Assembly (NCBI GenBank): GCA_044892525.1
Contig: CM097885.1
Coordinates: 39,000,001-39,064,000 of the forward strand
Direction of reading: 5' to 3'
Source of the DNA: Schmidtea polychroa
Lineage: Eukaryota
DNA length: 64,000 bases
Part shown: positions 1-14,648 of the stretch, one piece after another
Layout of the letters: each line of letters starts with the position of its first letter
Position numbering within the stretch: position 1 is the first letter of the stretch
Notes under the pieces: model-generated
Databases searched by the model: none
The model's input: only the letters and a program-made list of their open reading frames with translations
What the model was told of the DNA's origin: nothing
Program-made: the position numbers and the translations under genes

Positions 1-859
1 TTTTTAGATGATTTTATTGGAGAATTCACTTGGATATACCAATTATTGTCATTTGAATGAATTTACTGGTTTGTTAGATGTTATCATTAGTTATCTAGTC
101 TCTTTTGGAATTTAATGATAATTATTTTTATTGTAGATTGCTGACTTTGATAATTGTAATGAATTTATACTGATTTTTTGAATATATTGAGAAATCAGTC
201 AATCAATTTGAGTACTTTTAAAAAAATAATTAAAATTAATTTTATTTCAATTAATTTATTCAATCTAAATCAATTATCTACTAGATCTTATTTCAAAATT
301 CTTATTAATTTATTATCTTAGTTGATTCAACTTGAATGATCAGTATTTTTTTTTTACTGGATGATTAATGATTAGAATTTTTTCCTGTCCATTAATTAAA
401 TTTTTATGATATTTATTTTGAATAATTTAAATTTTTACAATAATTTAATCAAATTTTACCTAGTTATTGATGCCTTGAGTTCAATTAATTTTCCATCTAA
501 TTTTTCAAGTGAAGAGTATTTTCTTTTAAAGATCAATTTGTTAGTACATAGTTGTTGGTTGTAAGTAGTTGGTTGACTTTTTAGATTTTGATAAGAAAAT
601 AGTGTATGCGATGAAGAATATTTTGTATTTAATTGCTATTATTTTTATGTGTTGTTAGTTGATTGTTGGTACTAAGTTGTTGGTATCTTGTATTTGGTAG
701 TAGGTACAATGTTGTTTACTGATTGTTGTTATATAGTTGTAGGTTGATAATGCTTTGTACCTGGTTGTTGTCGGTTGTGAGTACTTGGTATCTGGTTGAT
801 AGCTTGTTGATAGTACTTAGTAACTAGTTAATGGGTAGGTGGTGGTTGAGTGTTACCAA

Positions 860-957
860 TACCCCTACGACTAGTACCTTTACGACCAGTACCCTTACGA
901 CTAATACCCTTACGATCAGTACCCTTACGACCAGTATACTTACGACCAGTACCCTTA
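860..957 (+). repeat. 15-bp tandem repeat (consensus GTACCCTTACGACCA), ~6 copies
   Basis: Read directly; related arrays at 6229-6298 (reverse strand) and 54128-54178. Confidence 0.9.
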
Positions 958-1459
958 GGGGGTCAAAACATCCTGTCGGATAGACTCAGAGTATATATAA
1001 TAAAACTGATCAACAATAAATATTTATTGAATGCGATTTTTACATTGCAATAATAAGTTATCAATTAAAAGAAGAATGTTTTGTAAATTAGAATTCATTA
1101 GTCTTTCATTGTAATCTAAATTATTTGAATTCCACGTAGTGTTTTAAAGTGGTTGAGTTATGGTTTTTTGATGAAAATCAACATTTTTGTTAAATTTAGA
1201 CATTTTGAAAAGGTTTTTCTACTGATTGTAATTAAACATATTTTTTAAGATAGATAAAAAATTAATTTAAAAAACAATTCATAAAATACAATGAAGAATA
1301 TTTAGTTGATTGTTGGTACTTGATTGTTTTTACTTGGTTGTTTGAGAGTTAGTTAGTACATGGTATCTAGTTGTAAGTATTTGGTACTTATTTGTCAGCA
1401 CCTAGTCAAAAATATTTAGTAACCGATTGTTGGTAACTGTTGAATTATTATTATTATTA

Positions 1460-1524
<65 letters not shown>

Positions 1525-2074
1525 TCATTTAAATTTTCATTAAAAATTACATTTCTCAAAAAAATTGGTGGTTATTCAATATTTTGATAATAAATTTAAA
1601 AATCTTACTTTAATTTACTTATTTAGCTTTAATTAAAAATTTGAACCATTGGTTACTTAATTTTAGATTTTGAACCTTAATTTACTTATTTAAAAATTAT
1701 TACTTTAATTTACTCATTTAGCTTTAATTTAAAATTAAAACCATTGTTTTCTTTAATTTAAAATTTTGAACCTTAATTTACTTATTTAAAATTTTTAACT
1801 TTACTTATCCTTAATTTACCTAATTATTCTTTATTTCTTAATTTTACACCATAATTTACTTAACAACTAAATATAATCCTTATTTTCATATTTAACCAAT
1901 AATTTCATGTGGTCATTGATTAATTGAGGAAGATTTGCATCTAAAATTAACATTGAATATCCCAGAAAACTTTCAACCTAAATTGACTTTAACTTTAATA
2001 TTTTAGATCATTGATTAGTTAATTTAAAAATTAAACATTAATTTACCTATTTAACCAATAATTTCATGTGGTCA

Positions 2075-3275
2075 CCTGGTTGTAAGTACTTGGTATCTAG
2101 TTAATGGGTATGTGGTTGTAGGTGCTTAGTAGTTGGTTGATGATGCTTAGTAGTTGGTAACTGGTTGTAGGTACTTAGTAGTTGGTTGATGATGCTTAGT
2201 AGTTGGTAACTGGTTGTTGGTATCTAGTTGTTAGTATCTAGTTGTAGGTAACTGGTTGTTAGTAACTAGTTGTATGTACTTGGTAGGTGGTTGTTGAGTA
2301 GTTGGTATCAGGTAACTAGTTGTTAGTAACTAGTTGTAGGTACTTGGTATCTGGTAATTTGTTGTAGGTACTTGGTATCTAGTACCTAGTTGGTTGTAGG
2401 TACTTAGTAGTTGGTAATTAATGCTTAGTACCTGGTTGTTGTTGGTTGTGAGTACTTTGTATCTGGTACCTAGTTGGTTGGTTGTTTTGTTGTATGTACT
2501 TGGTAACAGGTAACTGGTTGTTAGTAACTAGTTGTAGGTTGTAAGTGTTTGGTATCTAGTTGACAGTGCTTAGTACCTGGTTGTTATCGGTTGTAGGTAC
2601 TTGGTATCTAGTACCTAGTTGGTTGTAGGTACTTAGTAGTTGGTAATTAATGCTTAGTACCTGGTTGTTGTTGGTTGTGAGTACTTGGTATCTGGTAACT
2701 GGTTGTTAGCTGGTTGATGTTGGTTGTTAGTACTTGGTATCTAGTTGTAAGTACTTGGTAGCAGGTAATTGGTTGTTAGTAACTAGTTGTAAGTACTTGG
2801 TAGCAGGTAACTGGTTGTTAGTAACTAGTTGTAAGTACTTGGTAGGTGGTAGTAGGTACTTGGTTGATGTTTGTTGTAAGTACTTGGTATCTAGTACCTA
2901 GTTGGTTGTATGTACTTAGTAGTTGGTTGTAGGTACTTGGTAGGTGGTAGTTAGTTGTTAGCTAATTGTTTTGGTTTGTTAGTACTTGGTATCAGGTAAC
3001 TGGTTGTTAGTAACTAGTTGTTAGTAACTAGTTGTAGGTATCTGGTTGTTAATACATGTTCGTAAGTTACTGGTTGTTAGTACTTAGTAGGTGGTTAATA
3101 ATGCTTAGTACCTGGTTGTTGTTGGTTGTATGTACTTGGTAGTTAGTTGTTAGTACTTGGTACCTAGTTGGTTGTATGTTTTTGGTTGTTGGTACTTGGT
3201 ATCAGGTAACTGGTTGTAGGTATCTATTTGGTAATACATGCTCGTAAGTTACTGGTTGTTGGTACTAAGTTGTTG
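2075..3275 (+). repeat. Degenerate GT-rich strand-biased tandem array (GGTTGTAGGTACTTGGTATCTAGTT-like units)
   Basis: Read directly; shorter versions at 540-850 and 53480-54120. Confidence 0.85.
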
Positions 3276-3539
3276 ATTTGTTGTTGAATTATTATTAAAA
3301 TTTGTCTTTGAAAAATATTTCATAAATATTTTCAATAAAAATTATCTTAAAAATTCCCATCTAAAATTATCATTGAAAAATATTTCTTAAAAATTTCCAT
3401 TAAAATTTAACTTAAAAAATTATTTCATAAAAATTTCCATTAAAAATTACCATTGAAAAATATTTCATAAAAATTTTCATTAAAAAATTTCAATTCTCAA
3501 ACACCTTCTATTATTTCAACTTTTTGTTAATAAATTTAA

Positions 3540-4820
3540 AAATCTTACTTTAATTTACTTATTACATTACTTTAATTTACTTATTTAAAAATTATTACTT
3601 TAATTTACTTATTTAAAATTTTTTTACCATTGATTACTTAATTTAAAAATTTGGACCTTAATTAACTTTAATTTAATTTTTAGAACCTTAATTTACTTTA
3701 ATTTAAAAATTTGGACCATAATTTACTTTAATTGAAAAATTTGAACCATAATTTACTGTAATTTAATTTTTTAGAACCATAATTTACTGTAATTTAATTT
3801 TTTAGAACCATAATTTACTTTAATTGAAAAAATTTGGACCATAATTTACTTTAATTGAAAAAATTTGGACCATAATTTACTTTATTTTAATTTTTTAGAA
3901 CCTTAATTTACTTTAATTTAAAATTTAGAACCTTAATTTACTTTAATTTAAAAATTTGGACCATAAATTACTGTAATTTAAAAATTTGAGTCATAATTTA
4001 CTGTAATTTAATTTTTTAGAACCATAATTTACTGTAATTTAAAATTTTGAGCCATAATTTACTGTAATTTAATTTTTTAGGACCATTATTTACTTTAATT
4101 GAAAAATTTACCACGTTTTTAGTGTAGACCACATATTTCTCAGGACCAAGGAGACTCACCTCACTATAGTCTGAAAAATCCTTGGCTTTTTTATTGTAGA
4201 CCAGCTTTTTGTGTTGAAAATATCTCGAGACCTTAAATTACCATGCTTTTTTAGTGTAGACCACCTATTTCTCAGGACCAAGGAGACTCGCCTCACTATA
4301 GTTTGAAAAATCCTTGGCTTTTTTAGTGTAGACCACCTTTTTGTATTGAAAATATCCTGAGACCTTAAATTACCATGCTTTTTTAGTGGTAGTCGGATTT
4401 TTGTATTGAAAAAAAAATTTTTTGTATTGAAAATCCCAGGACCGTCGTTTTTGTATTGAAAAAAAATTTTTTGTATTGAAAATCCCAGGACCAACGAGAC
4501 CCCCTCACTATAGTCTGAAAATTCCATGCTTTTTTATTGGTAGTCGGATTTTTGTATTGAAAAATTTTTTTTGTATTGAAAATCCCAGGACCATCGAGAC
4601 CCCCTCACTATAGTCTGAAAATTCCTTGGCTTTTTTAGTGGTAGTCGGATTTTTGTATTGAAAATTTTTTTTTGTATTGAAAATCCCAGGACCATCGCTT
4701 TTGTATAGAAAAAATTTTTTTGTATTGAAAATCCCAGGACCATCGCTTTTGTATAGAAAAAATTTTTTTGTATTGAAAATCCCAGGACCATCGAGACCCC
4801 CTCACTATAGTCTGAAAAAT
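3540..4820 (+). repeat. Subterminal tandem repeats: ~30-bp AATTTACTTTAATTTAAAAATTTGGACCAT units, then TGTATTGAAAATCCCAGGACC / CTCACTATAG units
   Basis: Read directly; explains the repetitive ORFs at 4156-4949. Confidence 0.85.
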
Positions 4821-4915
4821 TGCATAATCAAAAGTTACAGCAAAAAAATTACGGCAGCAGAACCCCCCCCCCCCCCGGGGGGGTCATTGCTGCCGTACGC
4901 TACTAACTACCTACT

Positions 4916-6166
4916 GGCGTATTCCAAGGTGAATTACATCTTCTTATGATATCATTATTTTGTAAATTTTTTATAGCAGCATTTATTTTCTTCTCTAAAT
5001 TGATTGGTTGTCTTCTGGGTTTTATCATAATTGGCCCTTCTTTTGTGATGATTTTATGTGCAATTAAATCAGTACATCCGATATCCCAGTTATTAGCCAT
5101 AAAAACACTTTTATTGTTTTTAACAATCTCTAACAGTCTTTAATTTTCGTTTAATCTTAGAATTTCTATTGCTTTTTGACATCTCTCGTTATCTGTAATC
5201 TTTTCCCCAAATCTAGCTTCTATTTCACACACAAATTCATTATATCCTTCTTCATTTTGCTTGATGTAGTTTAATTCAATTCCAAACTCTTTCTGCAATT
5301 CCACTCCGCCTATTATATCTGGAACAATATTTTTAACTATTATAAATGTTATTTTTCTTTCCATATTACCAATTCTAACATCAATATATATTTTTCCGAT
5401 TGTCTCTAATTTACTATCATTTGCACATCTTAACATCTCATCTGTTTTTATGATTTTCACATTCACTAATTTGTCCACAACTGCTTCTGCCATTACATTT
5501 ACTCTTGCTCCTGTGTCTAGTAAGCATTCCATTCTATAGCCCTGGATTTCAAGAGTTGTACTCGGTCTACTTGCATTTTGTCATAACTCAATTTCGGTCG
5601 TTTCCATTCATCTTTAGTGAAAATATTTTGCTCCTCTGATATTTCATTAATCCACCCAATTTCCTTTCTCTCTAATTTATCTTCTACCTTTTTAATAAAT
5701 TTATAAACTTTTTCATTTACTATTTTATTATTATATTCTGCTTCTTTAATTTCATTATACTCTTCTTGATTCTTAGGATTATTATTATTATTTATTAAAA
5801 ATCGATCAGCATTAAAATAACTATAGCATTTAAAATTATTTAAAGGAAACTTTTTAAAATTACAAATTTTATTACATAAAGGTTCTACATTATTATATAT
5901 ATATATAAGGATTATTTACATTATTAAAATTATTATGACCAATATTTACATCAATATCAAAATTACCTAGTATATTGCTCCGATCATTGCCTCCCGTGTC
6001 GAAGCATGTACTTTTGGGTGCTGAATATCCTCATATTTGTCTTCTGCATCATCTGAATACTCAAGTGGCATCGTCTCATCATTAGCTTCAATTGCTGCAA
6101 TTGTTCTTCCTGGATTGTTGATCTGTTGTTGATAGCTTGTGGTTCGATGGGCATAATAATTATTGT
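4916..6166 (-). pseudogene. pol: Ty3/gypsy fragment (gag 3' end, frameshift site, aspartic protease, start of RT), same family as 29314-46986
   Basis: LLDTGA protease motif (5140-5532) and IIRRCNSPWNTP RT start; near-identical to the reverse complement of ~30764-32064. Confidence 0.92.
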
Positions 6167-8894
<2,728 letters not shown>

Positions 8895-9766
8895 GAAAGT
8901 TGTTCATCTTTTTTATTGACTTTATAATTTGTAATCGTCATTTTTGATGAGCTGCTTTCTGGAACTTTATCTTGCACGAAATCACGTTTTAATACATTAA
9001 TATTGTGTATTGTTCTTAAATGCGTGTGCTGCGCTGTTGTCGTGGAACCAGAAGGTTTTACTATTTCATTACATATTTTACATTTTGCTGTTAGATTTTT
9101 TGATCCTCTCAAAAAATGAATCCAAACAGAATTTTAATTATATATTGCTTTGTGTATTCCGAATAAATTTCTTTTGATGACATTTTGGGACATTCTAATA
9201 AAAATAATTTAATTATTAAATTAAAACTACTATTATTTACTTACCTATTTAAAAAATATTGATGATTGTACAGAAAACAAAGTCCAAATATTTGTATATA
9301 CACTATATTCGATTAAACAAATTTCAACACTATTACAAATCGTAAATATAAAACACGAACACGAAGTTATACGAAATATAAAATGTTGTGTGAAATTTTA
9401 TGCTACATTACATAATTTAATAAATGTAATTTACATAATGTAATTTACATTTATTATTATTACATATGGATATGAAATGAAGAAATGAAACCGTTTAAAT
9501 GTTTAGCTGCAATTTAGAAATGTTTACTCTATGCCTACTTTCATTATGTAGAATAACTGTAATTTGTATTGTCTTCTTTATGTCTTCTTATAGAATGTAG
9601 AATATTAATATGTACAGAACGAAAACACAATTTACAAGTTTGAGATAGCACTAAAAAATAAATTTTAAATTCGGAATTCGCTGGGAAATTTGCGAAATTC
9701 GAAACTATATTTTTGAAAACGAATTCCGGAATTCTCGAATTTCGAATTTCGAATATGCAATCCCTG
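8895..9766 (-). mobile_element. 5' part of a hAT-like DNA transposon with BED zinc-finger transposase start (pseudogene)
   Basis: Minus-strand translation SVWIHF..AKCKIC..SGSTT..HTHLRTIH is a BED finger. Terminus CAGGGATTGCA at 9766 with subterminal TTCGAA/GAATTC repeats. Confidence 0.75.
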
Positions 9767-10039
9767 ATTTCAGTGACAACTTCAGTTACTTCGTTAGACA
9801 TATTTGAATTTGATGATTTTTTAAATTGAATTTGATAATGATTTTTGTAAAAAGTGAATCAAAAAAAAGTGATCAAATAATTTAATCCAAAATAAAAATG
9901 TAGTCAGATAAATAAATCTAAAATAAATGTTATTTCCTCTTTCAAATGAGTTTTTTTTTAAAATCAATTTTTAAAAATCAATAATTTAATTAAGTTAATT
10001 CATTTTAATTCATTAAAAATTAAATGAGTATAATAAACA

Positions 10040-10580
10040 CATACGAGACAAGCATCTGAATGACATCGAAATGCTCCTCGGACAAATTGTAATCTTTTCC
10101 CAGTGAATACCCTGTGTCAGTCTGGAAATTAAATCAAATCTAAATTAAAACCCAAAAATCCAAAGTCAAACAAAAGATAAAATCAATCCAAATCCTCCAT
10201 AAAAGCTAACATTGATATCGAACTACCATTTAAATGTACTCACTGTAATTAAATTACAAATCAAAATCGATTATTTTTAATTTAAATAATATTTTTGCAC
10301 TTAATTTTGCCTTGGTCACGACCACAACAACTGGAATTCCTAGGTTATGCTCCAGCACTCCTTCTGTAAGAGGAAAATTAATATTCTCGTGATTACTATT
10401 ATCAATTGGAGAGGTGACGACCCCATTTGATAAAGTTTATTGCGCTAGTGATGGAGGGTGTAAAGGATTTATATAACGTCTACTGGTTGTCAATGATGGG
10501 AGATTTGTTGAGTAACTATCTGCAGTCAAATCATGGGGTCCTGTATATTCTTGAAAATTTCGTATCACTTGTCCTTTTCA
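10040..10580 (-). pseudogene. Cytoplasmic dynein light intermediate chain-like exon remnants
   Basis: Manual translation gives VIRNFQEY...PLTEGVLEHNLGIPVVVVVTK (to 10311), then a GC-AG intron 10310-10122, then TDTGYSLGKDYNLSEEHFDVIQM. This resembles the DYNC1LI segment RDFQEY...LTHNLGIPVLVVCTKCD...EHFDFIQ. One in-frame stop. Confidence 0.75.
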
Positions 10581-10965
10581 CATAAAATTTTGATTTATTT
10601 CTGTTAGATCCAATATATGTTTAATAAATATTCCTTGAATTTTTATTTAAACTAAATAGTCACAAATTTCCATAAAAATCCAGATTACCAACGTCTATGT
10701 TTAAAAATTTGGCAAAATCTTTGCAATTCTTTCAAATCTCGGTATCCATCAAACGTTATTTTTTGTGCTTCTTTTTAAGTAGTGACATATGTGAGGCGTT
10801 TTGTAATTTGTATTTAAATAATGGTATGATGTTGTGCATGTTTGATTGTATGTTGAAATCCTTACTTATACATTAATTATTATTTTTTAGAAACTCCTCA
10901 AACAAATTAACGTTATAATTTGTTTTAATAATATTTGTGTTTTTATAATAAAACGTGTTTTAGTT

Positions 10966-12030
10966 ATGGATTCTATTAATACCCGTAGCTCTGTGGCTAA
11001 TATGGCGACCACGATTGCAAATTTTATCAAGCCACCAGAAACATATGACATGGATTCAGACGTGGAAGATTTTATCTTAGAAACGGAACGATTCTTCGAG
11101 ATGACAAATATTGTCGATGAATACAGAAGCAAATTCGTCAAAGCTTTTCTATCAATCAATTCAACGAAGAAATATGAGTTGACTAATGAAACTCTGCATT
11201 ATACAGAAAGATTAAGAAACGCTTTTGCTAAGAACAGAAGTCTTATCGATGATCTCAACGAAGCGCTAAATTATCGTCAAGGAAATGAGGCTGCCGAAGA
11301 ATTCTGCTCAAAAATTGAGAAACTTGCAAAAAATATTTTGAAGCATAAACTTGATGAAGAAGAACTAAAGAAATTTTTGCTATTCAATTCGCTTGAAGAT
11401 AAAGAAGTTAAAAAAGATCTCAAAATGCAAGATTTAAAATCATTTGATGAAATGAAAGAAAGATTAAAGAGACACGATCAAGTTTCAAAAGAAATTAATG
11501 TATTTCATGCTGATGTAGCTTCAATGAATAAAACACAACGCTATGCTGATGCTGTTAAGAAGAGCTTACCAAGATATAGTTATGATAACAGATCAATTCG
11601 AGAACGAGAAGCTAATCCCAGATTCAAAGATGAATATACAAGAGAACCTCAACATAATCCAAGATTCAAAGGCGATCTTACCAGAGAACATCGATATGCT
11701 ATTTCAAATGGATGGAAACCTATGAATAGAAGTAAGCCTTATAATACCAGGGAATTTCATTCGCGAGATCATGTCCGAACAAATCAAATTTTGCGATGTT
11801 GGGCGTACCACGAAGAAGGTCATAGAAGATCTGAATGCTCCAATATTCAATGTGCCCATTGTATAAGATCTGGACATTTCAAACATCAGTGCCATGAGTT
11901 ATTTCCAGGCAGGCGTCGAAAATTCCATAAATCAGTGGCTGCATTCGGTGACGAGGATTCAGAGGCTGATTTTGAGTACCCAAATGGGAATGCTCCACCA
12001 CACGAGGAGGTGATCGGAGCAATAAATTAA
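10966..12030 (+). CDS. gag: Gag polyprotein with two CCHC zinc knuckles (first one mutated)
   Basis: 354-aa ORF with CWAYHEEGHRRSEC and CAHCIRSGHFKHQC; homologous to 29887-30933. Confidence 0.9.
   Translation: MDSINTRSSVANMATTIANFIKPPETYDMDSDVEDFILETERFFEMTNIVDEYRSKFVKAFLSINSTKKYELTNETLHYTERLRNAFAKNRSLIDDLNEALNYRQGNEAAEEFCSKIEKLAKNILKHKLDEEELKKFLLFNSLEDKEVKKDLKMQDLKSFDEMKERLKRHDQVSKEINVFHADVASMNKTQRYADAVKKSLPRYSYDNRSIREREANPRFKDEYTREPQHNPRFKGDLTREHRYAISNGWKPMNRSKPYNTREFHSRDHVRTNQILRCWAYHEEGHRRSECSNIQCAHCIRSGHFKHQCHELFPGRRRKFHKSVAAFGDEDSEADFEYPNGNAPPHEEVIGAIN
11003..11013 (+). promoter_or_regulatory. Primer-binding site TGGCGACCACG (probably tRNA-Arg)
   Basis: Directly follows the LTR end; complementary to a tRNA 3' end ...CGUGGUCGCCA. 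Confidence 0.75.
11979..12021 (+). promoter_or_regulatory. -1 programmed ribosomal frameshift signal (C CCA AAT plus stem TGCTCC/GGAGCA)
   Basis: X XXY YYZ heptamer in the gag frame, 5-nt spacer, stem-loop. The -1 frame is open into the 12045 ORF. Confidence 0.8.
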
Positions 12031-12044
12031 AGGTAATTAATGAT

Positions 12045-13346
12045 ATGAGTAAGGGTTGTATGATTTTGAATGATTGTGATAGTTTGAATGATAACTGTTG
12101 TGATGGTGTTTTTGATTATAGAAATTATATTAATATATACATTAATAAATTTTGTATGGATGAAGTTTTTAAAGACCCACTCCTAACTTCTAATGAACTA
12201 AATGTTCTTAATCGTGATAAACGGAATGATATAATAGTATACGATAAAATGCAGGGAAGGCCCAGTGTTACCGTAATGATTAATAATGTAAAATTAGTAT
12301 GCCTATTAGATACTGGAGCTAGAATAAGTGTGATTGATTATAATATTTTTAAAAAACTTGGAAATTTGAATATGACTGCAAGTAATTTGAAATTAAGATG
12401 TGCGAATGATAGCCCGATTGAAATTTGCGGTAAAACTTTATTAAATGTAAAAGTTGATAAAATTTCTGATATTAAAAAAGTAGAATTCGTTGTAGCCAAA
12501 GATATAAACCCAAAGTTAATAGGAGGTATAGATTTTCTTGAAAGATTTGGAATGCAATTGCAAATAGAAAACCGTACAGACGAAATAAATACAATTATGG
12601 AAAATTCATTTAATAACCACATAATTGAAGATAAGATTATAAATAATTTAATTTCCACGTTTGACGGTATTTTTATGAAACATAAATGGGATGTTGGAAA
12701 AACTGAACTATTAAAGCATGAAATACTTACTAAAGGTACTCCGATTGTAATAAACCCAAGATGACAACCTATACATTTAATAGAAAAAATTGAAGAAAAT
12801 ATTCAAGAAATGTTGAAATATGGCATTATATCAGAATGTACATCTCCTTGGAATTCTCCATTAGTATGTGTTAAAAAGAAAAACAGTAGTGATATAAGAA
12901 TATGCTTGGACTACCGTGCTTTAAATAATATAACCGAAAGACCGATTTTTCCCATTCCAAATACTGATGAATTATTAGATATTCTTGACGGAGCAAAGTT
13001 TTTCTCGACAATTGATTTAGGCAATGCTTATTATCAAGTAGAACTCGATGATGCATCAAAATTGAAAACAGCATTTTCGACAAAAAGCAAGCAATATTAC
13101 TTTAACAGAATGACATTTGGAATAGCAGCCGCACCAGCAACATTTCAAAGACTTATGAATTTGGTTCTTGGAGAATTAAATTGGAATGGAACAATTGTAT
13201 ATCTGGATGATATCCTTATATTTTCAAAGACATTGAATGAACATTATAGTACCATTGAAAAGGTTTTTCAAAAGATTAAATTAGCAAATCTTAAAATAAG
13301 TCCAGCAAAATGTCAATTCAAAAGGAAAGAAGTAAAATTTCCATAA
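12045..13346 (+). pseudogene. pol: Pol: aspartic protease plus reverse transcriptase; in-frame stop at 12762-12764, truncated late in RT
   Basis: LLDTGA, SPWNSP, RICLDYRALN, YLDD motifs. Confidence 0.93.
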
Positions 13347-14648
13347 AAATCCAGATTACCAACGTCTATGTTTAAAAATTTGGCAAAATCTTTGCAATTC
13401 TTTCAAATCTCGGTATCCATCAAACGTTATTTTTTGTGCTTCTTTTTAAGTAGTGACATATGTGAGGCGTTTTGTAATTTGTATTTAAATAATGGTATGA
13501 TGTTGTGCATGTTTGATTGTATGTTGAAATCCTTACTTATACATTAATTATTATTTTTTAGAAACTCCTCAAACAAATTAACGTTATAATTTGTTTTAAT
13601 AATATTTGTGTTTTTATAATAAAACGTGTTTTAGTTATGGATTCTATTAATACCCGTAGCTCTGTGGCTAATAACATATATAGATGTTGCTTTGAATATG
13701 TTGACATCACAACTTCATAATATTTTGTGATCGTCACTCTATGTAAACATTTTACAATATTTATTCTATTTTATTTATTTATTTTTATTTCCATAACTGT
13801 ATTATTTTTAAATGTATCATTAACAATCGTTAAACATAAACATTAACAATTATATAAAAAGAAATAAACATGGAATTGAACAAAAATTTAGCTGTGTAAG
13901 TAAATATTTAGAAATGGTAAGTTATTCATAAATAATGTATATTTTATCCAATTGAATTGAATTTTTGGGAAATAATTATAACAATAATTTTACATATTTC
14001 GAATAGTCGGAAATTTTAAAAACCATTTATTTATCAATTATTTACATCATTTAAATTTTTTAAAAATATATAAATTTTTAAATTTAAACAAAATCTTGAA
14101 AACATATAAATTATAAGCAGTAGCGGATTTAGCTATAGGCGTGTGGGGGGGGGGGGGCAAGTCAGCCCACCTCCAAAGATAGTTTTATGAAAAAGTCTCG
14201 CGGCACAGCGTTTGAGAAACACTGCAATAGACGGTCGAATGTAATTAGAATTTACGAAAGAAGGATGGATACAACAATATAATAGAAGCTTTAAAATGTT
14301 TTGCAGGTAATGATCAAAAACTAGAAACACGACGAGAAGCAAATTATCTTTTTTTTGGCAGAGCCGCAAAGGGCCCCTAAATGTTTAATCCGACAATGAA
14401 GCCATATTAATTCATTTAAAATAAATAATTATATACAATAAATATTTATTTAATTAAAGAAATTGAACACAAAAAGTTTCAATCTCAATTATTGTTTTAT
14501 TGAAAGTTTAATAAAATAAAAACATTATAAATTGTATATTAAAGTTAAATCAATCTTTTCATTTTATTTTTAATTTGTGTTTTACTGTATTGATCAAATT
14601 TAAATTCAAATTATTTACAAATATTTCGCAAGACATTCAATTTTAAAT

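Larger units (their letters stand above)
1..4915. mobile_element. Right part of a non-coding Polinton-type element (same family as 48431-57120); left end is outside the window
   Basis: Ends ...TTGCTGCCGTACGCTACTAACTACCTACT at 4915, matching the 57120 terminus. Region 1-1500 is homologous to ~52900-54700 and the subterminal repeats 4100-4820 resemble 56260-56990. Abuts a gypsy RT exactly at the SPWNTP codons. Confidence 0.85.
10602..13676 (+). mobile_element. Internally deleted Ty3/gypsy LTR retrotransposon (family B)
   Basis: Direct repeat 10664-11002 = 13335-13673; TGTTA (10602)...TAACA (13676) ends; PBS; gag-pro-RT. RNase H and integrase lost. No TSD found, so the 5' boundary is tentative. 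Confidence 0.88.

Noticed and set aside
860..957. CRISPR-like array or PLRPV-repeat protein
   Set aside because: Head-to-tail 15-mers without unique spacers, no cas genes, eukaryotic context
4150..4815. CTCACTATAG resembles part of the T7 promoter (vector contamination?)
   Set aside because: Lacks the TAATACGA part and recurs as part of the element's subterminal repeats (also 48635, 48960, 56383)
4156..4949. Repetitive ORFs (also 56540-57111)
   Set aside because: Translations of subterminal tandem repeats with no protein motifs
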